The notes: generated from the sequence alone by a model not told the origin. DNA of 38,709 nucleotides from Fibrobacterales bacterium (GCA_051532035.1 JAOPTW010000051.1:1-38709), one strand, 5' to 3'; counted from the first letter of the stretch, positions 9,283 through 19,197 are shown. Translations and numbers: made by a program.

Positions 9283-11016
9283 TTAGCGAGTGATGTCTTC
9301 TAGATCAATAGAGAGTGAGTCTATCTCTTGTATAATGAACCTAATATCGATCATTTTAGAGAGAATTTTCGGTTCGTAATGCTCTGGAATATGTAAAGTA
9401 CTCACAGGCTCTTTGAAAATAATAACATGAGGAGGATAGAGTTCAATGAGAGCTAAGTATGGATCAAATTGATCAGAGAGATCACCAGGGAGCTCATTAA
9501 TAAAAATAAAATCTATTGATTCGTCACCATCGAGTTTCTCTTTTAGGGCCTCAAGAGTTACTAGTGTTGTGGTCTCGATATCGCTGTGTTCTAAGAAAAA
9601 GATATGGGGCTCAAAAAATGTTCTTCGTGATTGTATAATGATACTCACTGGAGGTGGTTCGTCATTACGGGCAAAACAAGGGACCGGATAGGGTTTTCGC
9701 GGCAGGCCAAGCATCACACAAAAACGTTCCACTTGAAAGGGGATAGAGTCAATGAATGAGTGGGGGATTCCCGCATTAAATTTTAATAACTCCATTGTCT
9801 CTTGAGGTATTGGATAAATATACTCATCAACACTTTTACCGAAGCGAATCACTTTTGTCAAAATGTCTGACATTCCTACAATGGAAATGAGTTGTTTTTC
9901 TTCGAGACGATTGAGCTTAGAGGGGAGATGAATAAATGACTTATGATAACGAAGGGCATTGATCACTTCATTGGGGAGTGCCCATTGGTGGGCAAGCTCA
10001 ACAATAAATTCACTTGGACTAAACCCAAGAACCTCTCGTGATGCATTTTCGATACTTTTAAATGAGGTTAAGCTTTTGTGCAGCACTGTATCAAAGGATG
10101 GACCAAAATATTCATCATAGAGCAAGATAGGATAATCATGAAGGAGACCGGCAAGAAAGGCATAGCCTGGTTTTGAAAACTTAATTTTTTTCGCAATTTT
10201 TTCTGCGATAACTGCATTACATATACTGTGGTACCAATAGTCTTGTCGGTCAAATTGAGCATGATTTGATTCCGAGGGGAGGAGTTCCATCACCTTAACA
10301 CTGAGGACAATATTTTGAGTCACTTCAAAGCCTATGCGAATTATCGCCTCTTTAAAGTCTTGTACTCTGGTGTGACTGCCAAATTCGACTGAGTTTGCTG
10401 CTTTGAGTATGGTAGCCGAGAGGCCTGGATCAAGCTTTATTATTTCTACGAGGTCATCAATTGCATATTTGGGGTCAGCGGTAAGTTCGACAAATTTTGC
10501 TATAGTAAAGGGGAAGCTGAGGAGCTTATCTATTTTTTTTACCATGTGCTCTATCTTGAGCCCTGCCAATACATTGGAGTCAAGAAGCATCGCATTCTCT
10601 TCATTATCTGTATAGACTCTTGCATTTTTGGGGGCTTCAGCGCGGATTCGTGCGGCAATAAGTGTTTCTAGTATATGGAGAAGGACTTTGGGGCGTAGTG
10701 GTTGGAGGAGGTATTTTACGATTCCTACCGAGGTGAACTTTTTCACCATTTGGTGGTCGGTATGCGTACCAAAACCTATGATAGGAATTGTGGAGAGTAA
10801 TTTGTTATAGTGGATATCTTGTACTATGTCGAGATGTTGAAAAGGGTTTCGAGGGAGCTCAACGAGTATGACGTCGGGCTTTTCTTTCATGAGAGAGAGG
10901 AGAGTGGTTTTGGGTGTATTAGGAATGGGTATTATAGTATAGCCCTGTTCCTTAAGGAGCGCGGCTAAAGAGAGTGCTTCTTGTTGGTTGGATGATAATA
11001 TTCCAATACGTGCCAT
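9283..11016 (-). CDS. Receiver-like + HDOD domain signalling protein
   Basis: N-terminal REC-like domain (KPDVILVELP...TIPII...YLLQP); HDOD motifs DPGLSATILKAANS, YWYHSI, AGLLHD, WALP. Confidence 0.85.
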   Translation of the reverse strand: MARIGILSSNQQEALSLAALLKEQGYTIIPIPNTPKTTLLSLMKEKPDVILVELPRNPFQHLDIVQDIHYNKLLSTIPIIGFGTHTDHQMVKKFTSVGIVKYLLQPLRPKVLLHILETLIAARIRAEAPKNARVYTDNEENAMLLDSNVLAGLKIEHMVKKIDKLLSFPFTIAKFVELTADPKYAIDDLVEIIKLDPGLSATILKAANSVEFGSHTRVQDFKEAIIRIGFEVTQNIVLSVKVMELLPSESNHAQFDRQDYWYHSICNAVIAEKIAKKIKFSKPGYAFLAGLLHDYPILLYDEYFGPSFDTVLHKSLTSFKSIENASREVLGFSPSEFIVELAHQWALPNEVINALRYHKSFIHLPSKLNRLEEKQLISIVGMSDILTKVIRFGKSVDEYIYPIPQETMELLKFNAGIPHSFIDSIPFQVERFCVMLGLPRKPYPVPCFARNDEPPPVSIIIQSRRTFFEPHIFFLEHSDIETTTLVTLEALKEKLDGDESIDFIFINELPGDLSDQFDPYLALIELYPPHVIIFKEPVSTLHIPEHYEPKILSKMIDIRFIIQEIDSLSIDLEDITR

Positions 11017-11173
11017 AGGCTAAAGAGTTAAAGCATAGATCAGTATACCATTAATAGGATACTTCGTGCAATTGAATGAGTGAAATAGTAAGCTATGGGT
11101 AGAGTAAGTCTTGTCAATAGTGTGATTGAGCTTAAGAGTGCTTAATTCCCATAATTATTAATTGGAGGTATTT

Positions 11174-12274
11174 GTGAAAATTGGCATTCCCAAAGAGATT
11201 AAACAGGGTGAAAATCGTGTAGCACTGATACCCGAAGGGGCTCAAGTCCTTATTGCAGATGGACACGCTGTCATGATTCAAAAAGGCGCGGGAACAGGGT
11301 CGGGATATAGTGATGAATCCTATGAAACCGTTGGGGCGACTATTGTACCGGAGGCAATTGATATTTTCCAGCAGTGTGAAATGATAGTAAAAGTTAAAGA
11401 ACCACAAGCCTCTGAGATACAGCTTTTAAAGCCGGGGCATCTTCTTTTTACCTATCTCCATTTGGCATCATCTCAATCACTTACCGAAGGGTTGCTTAAG
11501 TGTGGCTGCACCGCTTTTGCCTACGAAACTATTGAAAATAAAAGAGGTGGGTTGCCACTACTGTATCCTATGTCGCAAATTGCTGGGCGTCTTTCCGTTC
11601 AAGTAGGAGCGCACTATTTGATGAACCATATGGGAGGGAGTGGTGTGCTTCTTGGTGGTGTTCCTGGTGTTTCTAAGGGACGTGTCGTCATATTAGGAGG
11701 GGGGACTGTTGGGGCTGAGGCTGCAAAAATGGCTCTCGGGCTTGGGGCTCATGTTACAGTATTGGATATTGATCAGGAGCGAATGACCCATCTATCAGAA
11801 ATATTAACCGGCTCTTTTGAAGCGCTCTATTCGGATAAGGGTACTATTCAAGATGTCGTTGCTCAGGCTGATCTAGTGATAGGTGCAGTGTTGGTTCCGG
11901 GGGCGAAAGCTCCCATTTTAGTTACTCGTGATGATATTGGAAAAATGAAACCGAGGAGTGTCATTGTTGATGTTGCCGTGGATCAAGGGGGGTGTATAGA
12001 GACAAGTTCCGTGACTACTCATGAAAACCCGGTGCACTATGTTGATGGTGTCCTTCATTATGGTGTAGCCAATATGCCAGGGGCTGTACCGCGTACTTCT
12101 ACAAAGGCCTTAACCGCCTTAACCCTCGCGTATATTAGGACGTTGTGTAAACGAGGTTGGAGAGAGGCTTGTGATGATCCACTCCTGCTCAGAGGGCTGG
12201 CTCTTTCGGAAGGAGAGATCTATAACCATGAAATTGCAACGCAATATGGGTATACTTTTAAAAAATTTGAGTGA
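11174..12274 (+). CDS. ald: Alanine dehydrogenase
   Basis: KIGIPKEIKQGENRVAL, VKVKEP, FTYLHLA, GGGTVG, DVAVDQGGC, VANMPGAVPRTST; GTG start at 11174 after GGAGG. Confidence 0.95.
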   Translation: MKIGIPKEIKQGENRVALIPEGAQVLIADGHAVMIQKGAGTGSGYSDESYETVGATIVPEAIDIFQQCEMIVKVKEPQASEIQLLKPGHLLFTYLHLASSQSLTEGLLKCGCTAFAYETIENKRGGLPLLYPMSQIAGRLSVQVGAHYLMNHMGGSGVLLGGVPGVSKGRVVILGGGTVGAEAAKMALGLGAHVTVLDIDQERMTHLSEILTGSFEALYSDKGTIQDVVAQADLVIGAVLVPGAKAPILVTRDDIGKMKPRSVIVDVAVDQGGCIETSSVTTHENPVHYVDGVLHYGVANMPGAVPRTSTKALTALTLAYIRTLCKRGWREACDDPLLLRGLALSEGEIYNHEIATQYGYTFKKFE

Positions 12275-12331
12275 TAACTGTGTAATAAATGTGTGATAGA
12301 TTAATTATAAAGTAAACATCTTTAAAATAGT

Positions 12332-12360
12332 TTGCATTGTATATTTTAAAGTGATACTAT
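12332..12360 (+). promoter_or_regulatory. Sigma70-type promoter
   Basis: TTGCAT-17 nt-TACTAT with an extended TG. Confidence 0.6.
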
Positions 12361-12379
12361 AGTAATCATAGGATTAAGT

Positions 12380-12417
12380 GGCGAGATACACCGTTGAAGG
12401 GTGGTCTTGTCTTTTTT
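12380..12417 (+). terminator. Hairpin plus U-tract in the leader of the GreA/B-like gene (or ald terminator)
   Basis: GGCGAGAT-A-CACC-gttgaag-GGTG-GTCTTGTC followed by TTTTTT; G-U pairs favour the plus strand. Confidence 0.55.
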
Positions 12418-12432
12418 GTTTTGGAGCCCTAC

Positions 12433-12888
12433 ATGAATCTCGAAATTAAAACACAACTCTACGCATTATGTTTAGGCCATGTTGATGAAAATATTGAAAT
12501 GGAAAAAACAGCCATGGCTGAAGTTGAAGAAGCTGCAGAGCTCGAAGCCAAAAGTAGTGTGGGTGATAAGTATGAGACGGGTCGCTCAATGATGCATATT
12601 GAAATTGATAAGCATAAAGCGCAAGTTGCCCAGTATTTACAGCAGAGAACCATACTTGATCAAATTAATGTCTCTGTTGAAGTTGATGAGGTGAAGCCGG
12701 GAAGTGTTGTTATTACGGATAAATACAAATATTTTATCTCTATTGGTATTGGTGAACTTGAATTGAATGGTGAGACGTTTTGTACTATGTCTCTTGGCTC
12801 ACCCCTGGGGAAGGAGTTCTCGCATAAGCGGGTTGGTGATACTATCGCATTTAGAGAAAAAGAGTTTAAGATTCTCGATATTGTATAA
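12433..12888 (+). CDS. GreA/GreB-like transcription elongation factor family protein
   Basis: Coiled coil with acidic tip KSSVGDKYETGRSM; C-terminal VKPGSVV...SLGSPLGKEF..KRVGDTI; ATG 12433 after GGAG. Confidence 0.75.
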   Translation: MNLEIKTQLYALCLGHVDENIEMEKTAMAEVEEAAELEAKSSVGDKYETGRSMMHIEIDKHKAQVAQYLQQRTILDQINVSVEVDEVKPGSVVITDKYKYFISIGIGELELNGETFCTMSLGSPLGKEFSHKRVGDTIAFREKEFKILDIV

Positions 12889-12946
12889 GTCAAAGAGTGA
12901 AGCCTGACGTACTATAACGAAAATAAGGCTCCACACTTTTCATGTG

Positions 12947-13522
12947 TTATTTAAAATTCTTCGCAACAAAATCCCAGTTTACAAGCTTCCAAAACTCTTC
13001 TATGTATTTGGGGCGTGCATTACGATAATCAACATAATAGGCATGTTCCCATACATCAATAGTGAGCAATACCTGTGCACCATTTTTAATAGGGGTGTCC
13101 GCATTTGAGGTGCTGACTATTTCTAAACTCTCATCACTCTTTTTAATAAGCCATGTCCAGCCCGAACCAAAATTGGTTGCAGCGGCTGTTGAGAACTGAA
13201 CCTTAAATGCATCAAGTGAACCGAAGGTTGCATTGATTGCTTCAAGAAGAGATCCCGTAGGCTCTGTTGGTGTCGGAGTGAGACAGTTCCAGTAAAAACT
13301 GTGATTCCACACTTGCGCAGCATTGTTAAAAACGCCACCCGTTGACTGTGCAATGATTGATTCTAATGTGGAATTTGCATATTCAGTCCCTTCAATGAGT
13401 TTATTGAGATTAGTAACATAGGCTTGATGATGTTTGCCGTAGTGATATTCGATAGTCTCTTTTGATATTGTGGGCTCAAGTGCATTAGGAGCATAAGGTA
13501 ATTCTGGTAATGTAAAAGACAT
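12947..13522 (-). CDS. sodB: Fe superoxide dismutase
   Basis: LPELPY, HYGKHH, FNNAAQVWNH (Fe-type AAQ), DVWEHAYY. Confidence 0.95.
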   Translation of the reverse strand: MSFTLPELPYAPNALEPTISKETIEYHYGKHHQAYVTNLNKLIEGTEYANSTLESIIAQSTGGVFNNAAQVWNHSFYWNCLTPTPTEPTGSLLEAINATFGSLDAFKVQFSTAAATNFGSGWTWLIKKSDESLEIVSTSNADTPIKNGAQVLLTIDVWEHAYYVDYRNARPKYIEEFWKLVNWDFVAKNFK

Positions 13523-13633
13523 ATTGTCTCCTTTATTTGTAGACTTTATCTAAGTATACTATCAAACAGGTGGGTTGGCACTAGTAAAAGACTATTCATT
13601 TTAAAGTTGTAATCATTATATTATGGCTCGTAA

Positions 13634-13657
13634 TAGATTAAATCACCACTTAATCTA
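13634..13657. promoter_or_regulatory. Inverted repeat in the sodB/ferredoxin divergent promoter
   Basis: TAGATTAA-N8-TTAATCTA. Confidence 0.4.
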
Positions 13658-13784
13658 CTTTTACAATGTTACTATTCTGTGAACAGGTCTGTAATATGCG
13701 TACAAGAAGCTTGAGGATTACCAGTTATTTTAATTACATTCTTAGTAAATAAAATTGTTTTTAGAGTAACCACAAGGAAATACA

Positions 13785-14018
13785 ATGGCTGATATATCAT
13801 TAAAATTTGAAGATAACGTACCTGGAAAATGGTATGTCGATAGTGAATGTACTGGATGTGAACTATGCACTGATCACGCCCCAGATAATTTTGAAATGAG
13901 TGATGATGGCGGGAATTCTCTTGTGATCAAACAACCAGAAAATGAAGAAGAAATTGAAGCTATGGAAGCTGCTATGGAAGAGTGTCCAGTAGAATCTATC
14001 GGTAAGGACGGCGAGTAG
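13785..14018 (+). CDS. Monocluster ferredoxin
   Basis: CTGCELC...ECPVESIG; small acidic protein; AAGGA RBS. Confidence 0.9.
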   Translation: MADISLKFEDNVPGKWYVDSECTGCELCTDHAPDNFEMSDDGGNSLVIKQPENEEEIEAMEAAMEECPVESIGKDGE

Positions 14019-15195
14019 TCTCTTCGCTACAGAGAAGCTGTGCACCGGTTTTTATTGCACCGAGCCCTTGCTTATCTCTAATTTTTAAAATCGATTTCTC
14101 AAGACTCGCACATGAAGGCGAGTCTTGAGAAAAAAGATCGAGCTGTAGTTCATTTCTCGATACCTTGAGACTACTACAACGAATAGCCCGAAGTGATATT
14201 CTTCGCACGGGAATGTCTCTAAACATCTCAGTGAATATTTTTTTAAATGCACTAAAACTCTCAATGGAATGGGCTGATTTTCTTTTGCATGGCGCAATTT
14301 TTTTGTCGGCATATTCCAACTCAAGTTGAAATTCACGGGAAAAAGCATTCTCTTTTGTCATCTTAAAAAAGAGCGTATCAAGAGTTGTTAAAAATTCACT
14401 ATACTGTTCTTCTATGTGGATCGTATCTCGCTTTAAGATATGCTCAACAGTGATTGATGAGGAACTTTTTAAAACGGCGCGCTTTTTTAATATATGGCCG
14501 TGGGTAAATGCATAGATTTTTTCACCGTCTTTCTTAAAGTGATGAGAAATAAAGGTACGGCTGAGTGCTTTGATGTCGTGCAAAGTGTATAGATTATACT
14601 GCTTAAGGCGTTTGAGAGTGGTATAGTGAAGGTCGGGAATGGAATGGGCGGGAAGTTTGAGTATCTCCTCATGTTCACGCTCCCAGTTGGGTATGTAGGG
14701 GGAGGGAAGGTCGGGGCTTTTTGCGGTAAGATAGGTGTACATGGCGGCTGAGCCAATAGCAATTTGTATGTTGTTGAGGGAGTAGGGCTCAATTTTTTTT
14801 ATGAAACGAGCAACAACAGTTTCAACCGAATTTTGATGGTGTTTCAGTGTGCCTGTAAGATTGAGTGTTAAAAAAGATCGATGGGCAAAGGTGACATCGG
14901 GTGAGAATGTTTCGGCAATAGCAGTAAGATCTTTTTTAAGGAATTCTAAGGCACTCTCTCTATAGGGAATAACTGCAATGCCAGGGAACTTTTTCACCAG
15001 TAATGAGAGTGGGTACCCTGGGTAGATTCGCTTCTGTTTTACTGATTGACTCACTGCAAAAATAGAACTTTTTTGATTGTCATTACTCTGCTGAGTGAGT
15101 ACATATGCTCTCTTTTTGAGGGTTGTATCGTAACACTCCATTGCTTGACAATAGATATTGGGTATATAGAGTGAGAGGTGGAGAGGATTTGACAT
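13996..15195 (-). CDS. ImuB-like, probably inactive Y-family DNA polymerase
   Basis: Y-family layout (AVS...GYPL...FSPDV...LNLTG, HhH region, little finger); catalytic acidic residues absent; QLDLF clamp motif; directly downstream of dnaE2. Confidence 0.75.
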   Translation of the reverse strand: MSNPLHLSLYIPNIYCQAMECYDTTLKKRAYVLTQQSNDNQKSSIFAVSQSVKQKRIYPGYPLSLLVKKFPGIAVIPYRESALEFLKKDLTAIAETFSPDVTFAHRSFLTLNLTGTLKHHQNSVETVVARFIKKIEPYSLNNIQIAIGSAAMYTYLTAKSPDLPSPYIPNWEREHEEILKLPAHSIPDLHYTTLKRLKQYNLYTLHDIKALSRTFISHHFKKDGEKIYAFTHGHILKKRAVLKSSSSITVEHILKRDTIHIEEQYSEFLTTLDTLFFKMTKENAFSREFQLELEYADKKIAPCKRKSAHSIESFSAFKKIFTEMFRDIPVRRISLRAIRCSSLKVSRNELQLDLFSQDSPSCASLEKSILKIRDKQGLGAIKTGAQLLCSEETTRRPYR

Positions 15196-15203
15196 ACTCT
15201 ATG

Positions 15204-18200
15204 TTATCCGGTTGCACGTCTATGGTGTTGAGGTGTTTCGGGAATAAAACGTGAAAGGTCTTCTGCCGTATTGCTCCTTTTTGACCTTTTAGAGAAGAGG
15301 TGAACCTGGGCAGGGTGCCAATCTAAGAGTGCAATGTGCGTGAGCTGTAAGGTAAAGGTGCCATTGTCTTCTTGTACAACGCCGTCAACGCGAATAGGGC
15401 TTGTGATTTGTAGCCGGTCTGAATACTCTTTTGCCTTCTGGGGCCATACCACGACATCAATTGTACCTGAGTGGTCCTGGAGTGTAAGGAACATCATAAG
15501 GTCACCACTTGCTGCTACTCTATGAGAACGCCGAGTGATGGGGGTGCCAATTACGTGAATTTTTTTACCCACCCACTGACAAAGGTCAACGGCCGATACA
15601 GCACCAACTGCAGCAGGATGGTCTTGAAGCATTTGATGAATGTTTCCAGATGTCATAAACCCGAGGTAGTAGAGTTCATAGAGGCACTTGGTTGAGTAGC
15701 TATAGGGCTGCAGCGGTATAGCGGGGTTTGTCTTACTTGAACATGCAGTTTCTAAAGGGAGAGCCAATTGGTCGGTGGCACCTGCACTGACGGCGCTCCG
15801 TTGGTGCAAGAGTGCCATACAGTATGGTTGGGAAGGTGCAATGGGCGCGAGTGCTCCAACCATAATTAATGCTTCTATTTGGGTTGTCCCCAATTGTGGA
15901 GTTCGCGCAAGAAAGTCTTCAAAAGATTGAAAAGAACCATTGCAGATGCGCTCTGAAAGCATGATATGGATACTCTCTTGGCGAATATCTTTGATATGCA
16001 TAAAGCCTGTACGAATAGTGTTGTCAATTCCATAGTAGTGGAACTCACTTTTGTTTATATCGACGGGGAGAATCTCAATCCCCAGTCGCCGCGCTTCATC
16101 GAGATAGGCAGTGTAGCTGTAGAAGCCATGTTTATTTGATATGACACTTGCAATAAACTGAGCGGGATAGTACGCTTTGAGGTAGGAACAGCGGTAAGAG
16201 AGCTGTGCATAGCTGAGGGAGTGGCTCTTACAAAAACTGAACCCCGTAAAGCTATTAATGCGTTTCCAGAGAGTCTCACCCTGAGTTTGGGTAAAACCAT
16301 GAAGCGCCATACACCCTTTGATAAATGCTTCTCCCACCAGGTGATAGTTCTCTACAACTCCTTCGTGATTGGAGTTCATAGTCTTTCGTACATAGTCGGC
16401 TTTTTTAAAGCTGAATCCGGCGATTTCGACACAGATTTTAATAATGTCTTCTTGAAAAACGCAGATGTCGTGAGTTTCACCCAATAGTCCCTCTAGAGCG
16501 GGGTGGAGAAACTCCCATGTTTTTTTACCTGCTTTGTGTTCTCGGTGCCGAGTGACAAATGCATCGCAGTATGCGGTACCAGCTGGGCGAATCAGACTCG
16601 AGGTAATGCCGATTTCTTCAAAAGTCTCAGCCTGGCTTTTTATATTAAGCCTGCTTTGAGCGGGAGATTCAAGATAAAAGATACCTCGGGTAAATCCCGA
16701 GCGAATCATCGCTTGCACTTTTTTATCTGCATAACATTTCTCTATATCCCACACTTCTGGGTCGGGGATATTCTGGTTTTCTAATTGGCGTAGGGTATCA
16801 CGAAGTACCGAGAGAGAGCCATTACCGAGTATGTCAAATTTAATGAGGCCGAGATAATCGGTTCCGTTGTGCATATCTATCTGAATGATGGTTCGGTTTT
16901 TGGTGCCGCCACTTTTTTGGCAGGCAACATGGCGCCAGATTGGCTCATTGGTAACAATCACTCCACCACAGTGTTGGCTTAGAAAGTGGGGGCGCCCTAC
17001 AATTGCATGGGCAAGAGTGATGACCTTTTTTAGGGTGGGATCAGAGATCTCTTCTAAGGTATGAACCGCAAGACGGGTTGAGGGCTTTTCGGAATCGAAG
17101 TATCGAGAGTGTCTGAGGCTAAAGTGACTCATTACCTCGGTGACTTGCTCTTCGCTATAGCCATACACTTTGGCAACCTCTCTAAAGGCTGAGTTCCATC
17201 TAAAATGGTTCGTGGTACACATCATTGCGACATGATCTTCGCCCCAGGTGTCAAAAAAATAGTTGAGTACTGCATCGCGTTCATCCCAGCCAAAGTCGAG
17301 GTCAGCATCGGGCGGTGCGCCTCGGTCTTCGTTAAGAAATCGTTCAAAATAAAGATTGTAGCGTAAAGGGTCCAAATCACTCGCACCAAGGTTATAGAAG
17401 GTCATACAATTGGCAGCACTGCCTCGCATAATTGTGCACTCTTTTGCTTTTCGGTAAAATTCTTCATAGTGATTATTGGCCCAATCACGAATCTGATGCA
17501 CCATTAAAAAGTAAGAGGCGTAACCGAGTGTACAGATGGTGTCGAGTTCTTTGAGTTGAATGGCTTGTGCTTGGCTTCTCGTGGGTTCTGAGGGGTAGTT
17601 CTCATCTAAACCAATAGAAGCAAGTTCTCTTAAGTAACTCTCGGGGGTGTAGCCATAAGGGACTTCGATTTTGGGTAAAATCCAGGGCTGTTTTTGTAAA
17701 TCATCAGTGACTGAGTCAGCAACTGTTTGCGTTGTGGTGACTGCACTGGGGAGGCGAGAAAAAAGAGCTGCAATATTTTCTGGTTTCTTAAACCAGGCAT
17801 GGGGGGAGTGGTGTTGCGAGTTATTGAGGCGAGAGGTGGTTGTGTTGTGATTGATGGCGGCGAGAACTCGGTGAACCTCAAAGTCAGAGGGTTCTAAAAA
17901 ATAGCAGTTATGGGATGCCATGAGAGGAATTGAGTGGGTAAAGGCAAGGGCTTCAATGGCTCTACTCCGCTGTCTGAGCTCAAAATCCTGAGCAATGAGC
18001 ATACCCAATAGTTGCGGTTTGATTGGTGAATCAATGAGCTGCTCAAAGAGGGGCGGGGTATTACACCATACCCATAGATTGGGACGAGGGTCTTTAAAGA
18101 GCATCGCCATAGAGCGTCCTCGATGCTCTTCCTTAAGATGCATAGTGGTTAGTTCACAGAGGTCTTGGTATCCTTCGCTATTTTTTGCCAAGAGCACTAC

Positions 18201-18428
18201 GCTCTCAGATGGGTTTTCGAGGTTGCGTAACTCTACTCCCATGACCGGTTTAATACCGTAGGAGCGGCACTCCTCTATAAAGAGAATGAGGCCAGAGGTT
18301 GAGTTTATATCAGTGAGACCAAGGCTAGTTACACCGAGTTGTACTGCATGGGCAACCAGTTCTTCTACGGACGGCACTCCTTTAAGGAGTGAAAAATATG
18401 AGTGATTATGGAGTGGATGAAAAGTCAT
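15204..18428 (-). CDS. dnaE2: Error-prone DNA polymerase III alpha subunit (DnaE2/ImuC)
   Basis: PHP domain (LHNHSYFS), RGSAAN, FERFLN..R..PPDADLDF, SQHCGG, KFDILG, FCKSHSLSY, C-terminal OB fold; SOS box upstream. Confidence 0.9.
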   Translation of the reverse strand: MTFHPLHNHSYFSLLKGVPSVEELVAHAVQLGVTSLGLTDINSTSGLILFIEECRSYGIKPVMGVELRNLENPSESVVLLAKNSEGYQDLCELTTMHLKEEHRGRSMAMLFKDPRPNLWVWCNTPPLFEQLIDSPIKPQLLGMLIAQDFELRQRSRAIEALAFTHSIPLMASHNCYFLEPSDFEVHRVLAAINHNTTTSRLNNSQHHSPHAWFKKPENIAALFSRLPSAVTTTQTVADSVTDDLQKQPWILPKIEVPYGYTPESYLRELASIGLDENYPSEPTRSQAQAIQLKELDTICTLGYASYFLMVHQIRDWANNHYEEFYRKAKECTIMRGSAANCMTFYNLGASDLDPLRYNLYFERFLNEDRGAPPDADLDFGWDERDAVLNYFFDTWGEDHVAMMCTTNHFRWNSAFREVAKVYGYSEEQVTEVMSHFSLRHSRYFDSEKPSTRLAVHTLEEISDPTLKKVITLAHAIVGRPHFLSQHCGGVIVTNEPIWRHVACQKSGGTKNRTIIQIDMHNGTDYLGLIKFDILGNGSLSVLRDTLRQLENQNIPDPEVWDIEKCYADKKVQAMIRSGFTRGIFYLESPAQSRLNIKSQAETFEEIGITSSLIRPAGTAYCDAFVTRHREHKAGKKTWEFLHPALEGLLGETHDICVFQEDIIKICVEIAGFSFKKADYVRKTMNSNHEGVVENYHLVGEAFIKGCMALHGFTQTQGETLWKRINSFTGFSFCKSHSLSYAQLSYRCSYLKAYYPAQFIASVISNKHGFYSYTAYLDEARRLGIEILPVDINKSEFHYYGIDNTIRTGFMHIKDIRQESIHIMLSERICNGSFQSFEDFLARTPQLGTTQIEALIMVGALAPIAPSQPYCMALLHQRSAVSAGATDQLALPLETACSSKTNPAIPLQPYSYSTKCLYELYYLGFMTSGNIHQMLQDHPAAVGAVSAVDLCQWVGKKIHVIGTPITRRSHRVAASGDLMMFLTLQDHSGTIDVVVWPQKAKEYSDRLQITSPIRVDGVVQEDNGTFTLQLTHIALLDWHPAQVHLFSKRSKRSNTAEDLSRFIPETPQHHRRATG

Positions 18429-18447
18429 GAGTCAAATATAATCAAAA

Positions 18448-18463
18448 GTGCACATATGTGCAC
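18448..18463. promoter_or_regulatory. LexA (SOS) box, Fibrobacter type
   Basis: Perfect palindrome GTGCACATATGTGCAC about 20 bp upstream of dnaE2; matches the TGCNC-N4-GTGCA motif described for Fibrobacter succinogenes LexA. Confidence 0.8.
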
Positions 18464-18762
18464 CCACTAAAATAATCAAATAATTTTTGGGTAAAAGCTT
18501 AATGTTTTTTGGTTAAATGTCGAATAAAGAGAAAGTGTAATACACACTATATTGTGGTTTTTAATCAACAAACTATATACAAATTACTATAAGATGCTGA
18601 TTTTAAATAACTTATGGTCTAGTTAATATTGTTAAAAGAACCCAATATTATTGAAAAGATGTTGCATTTTAAAAATTTTGTGGTATTATAGGTAAATCAT
18701 TTAAGTAAGCAATATAGTTATTACGGTTGAGAGAGAAGTTAGAACTATAAGAGGATTTTTAT

Positions 18763-19197
18763 ATGAACGAAATTCGAATCATACAATTGCAACACCGTAG
18801 AATCCAGATCGTTATGGATGACATGCTCTATTGTCTTATGGGACACATGGAAGATGTTGCTGGCCAAATAGTTGAACGGATCCATCACTTGGATGAGATG
18901 CTCTCTGAACACAAAGATCTAGAGCGACGGTATCTTACTCCGGCACTTAAAGCTCTCGACAATCGCTACCTTCTTGAGCAGTCTCATCAATATACCTTTG
19001 AGTTTGGAACAACCCTTCTTGAGTTTCATGGGTTTAAGCAAAAATGGGGTTCTGCAGAGGCTATTATTGAGCGTCCTCTCTATTTTGCAATCGAGGCGAG
19101 GGATATGTTTAAGGATCTTGCTGAGTGTCTCTGGAAAAAAGACTATGGCTTGCTTCCTAAAATATTCGAAGATGAGTACGCAGCGGCGGTTTGCTAA
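18763..19197 (+). CDS. Hemerythrin-like domain protein (degenerate)
   Basis: QH...EHKDLERRYLTPAL...KW...P..F..E helical pattern; GAGGA RBS. Confidence 0.6.
   Translation: MNEIRIIQLQHRRIQIVMDDMLYCLMGHMEDVAGQIVERIHHLDEMLSEHKDLERRYLTPALKALDNRYLLEQSHQYTFEFGTTLLEFHGFKQKWGSAEAIIERPLYFAIEARDMFKDLAECLWKKDYGLLPKIFEDEYAAAVC

Noticed and set aside
13996..14018. 23-bp convergent overlap of ferredoxin and imuB-like 3' ends as a regulatory feature
   Set aside because: Short tail-to-tail overlaps are common and nothing else supports a function.
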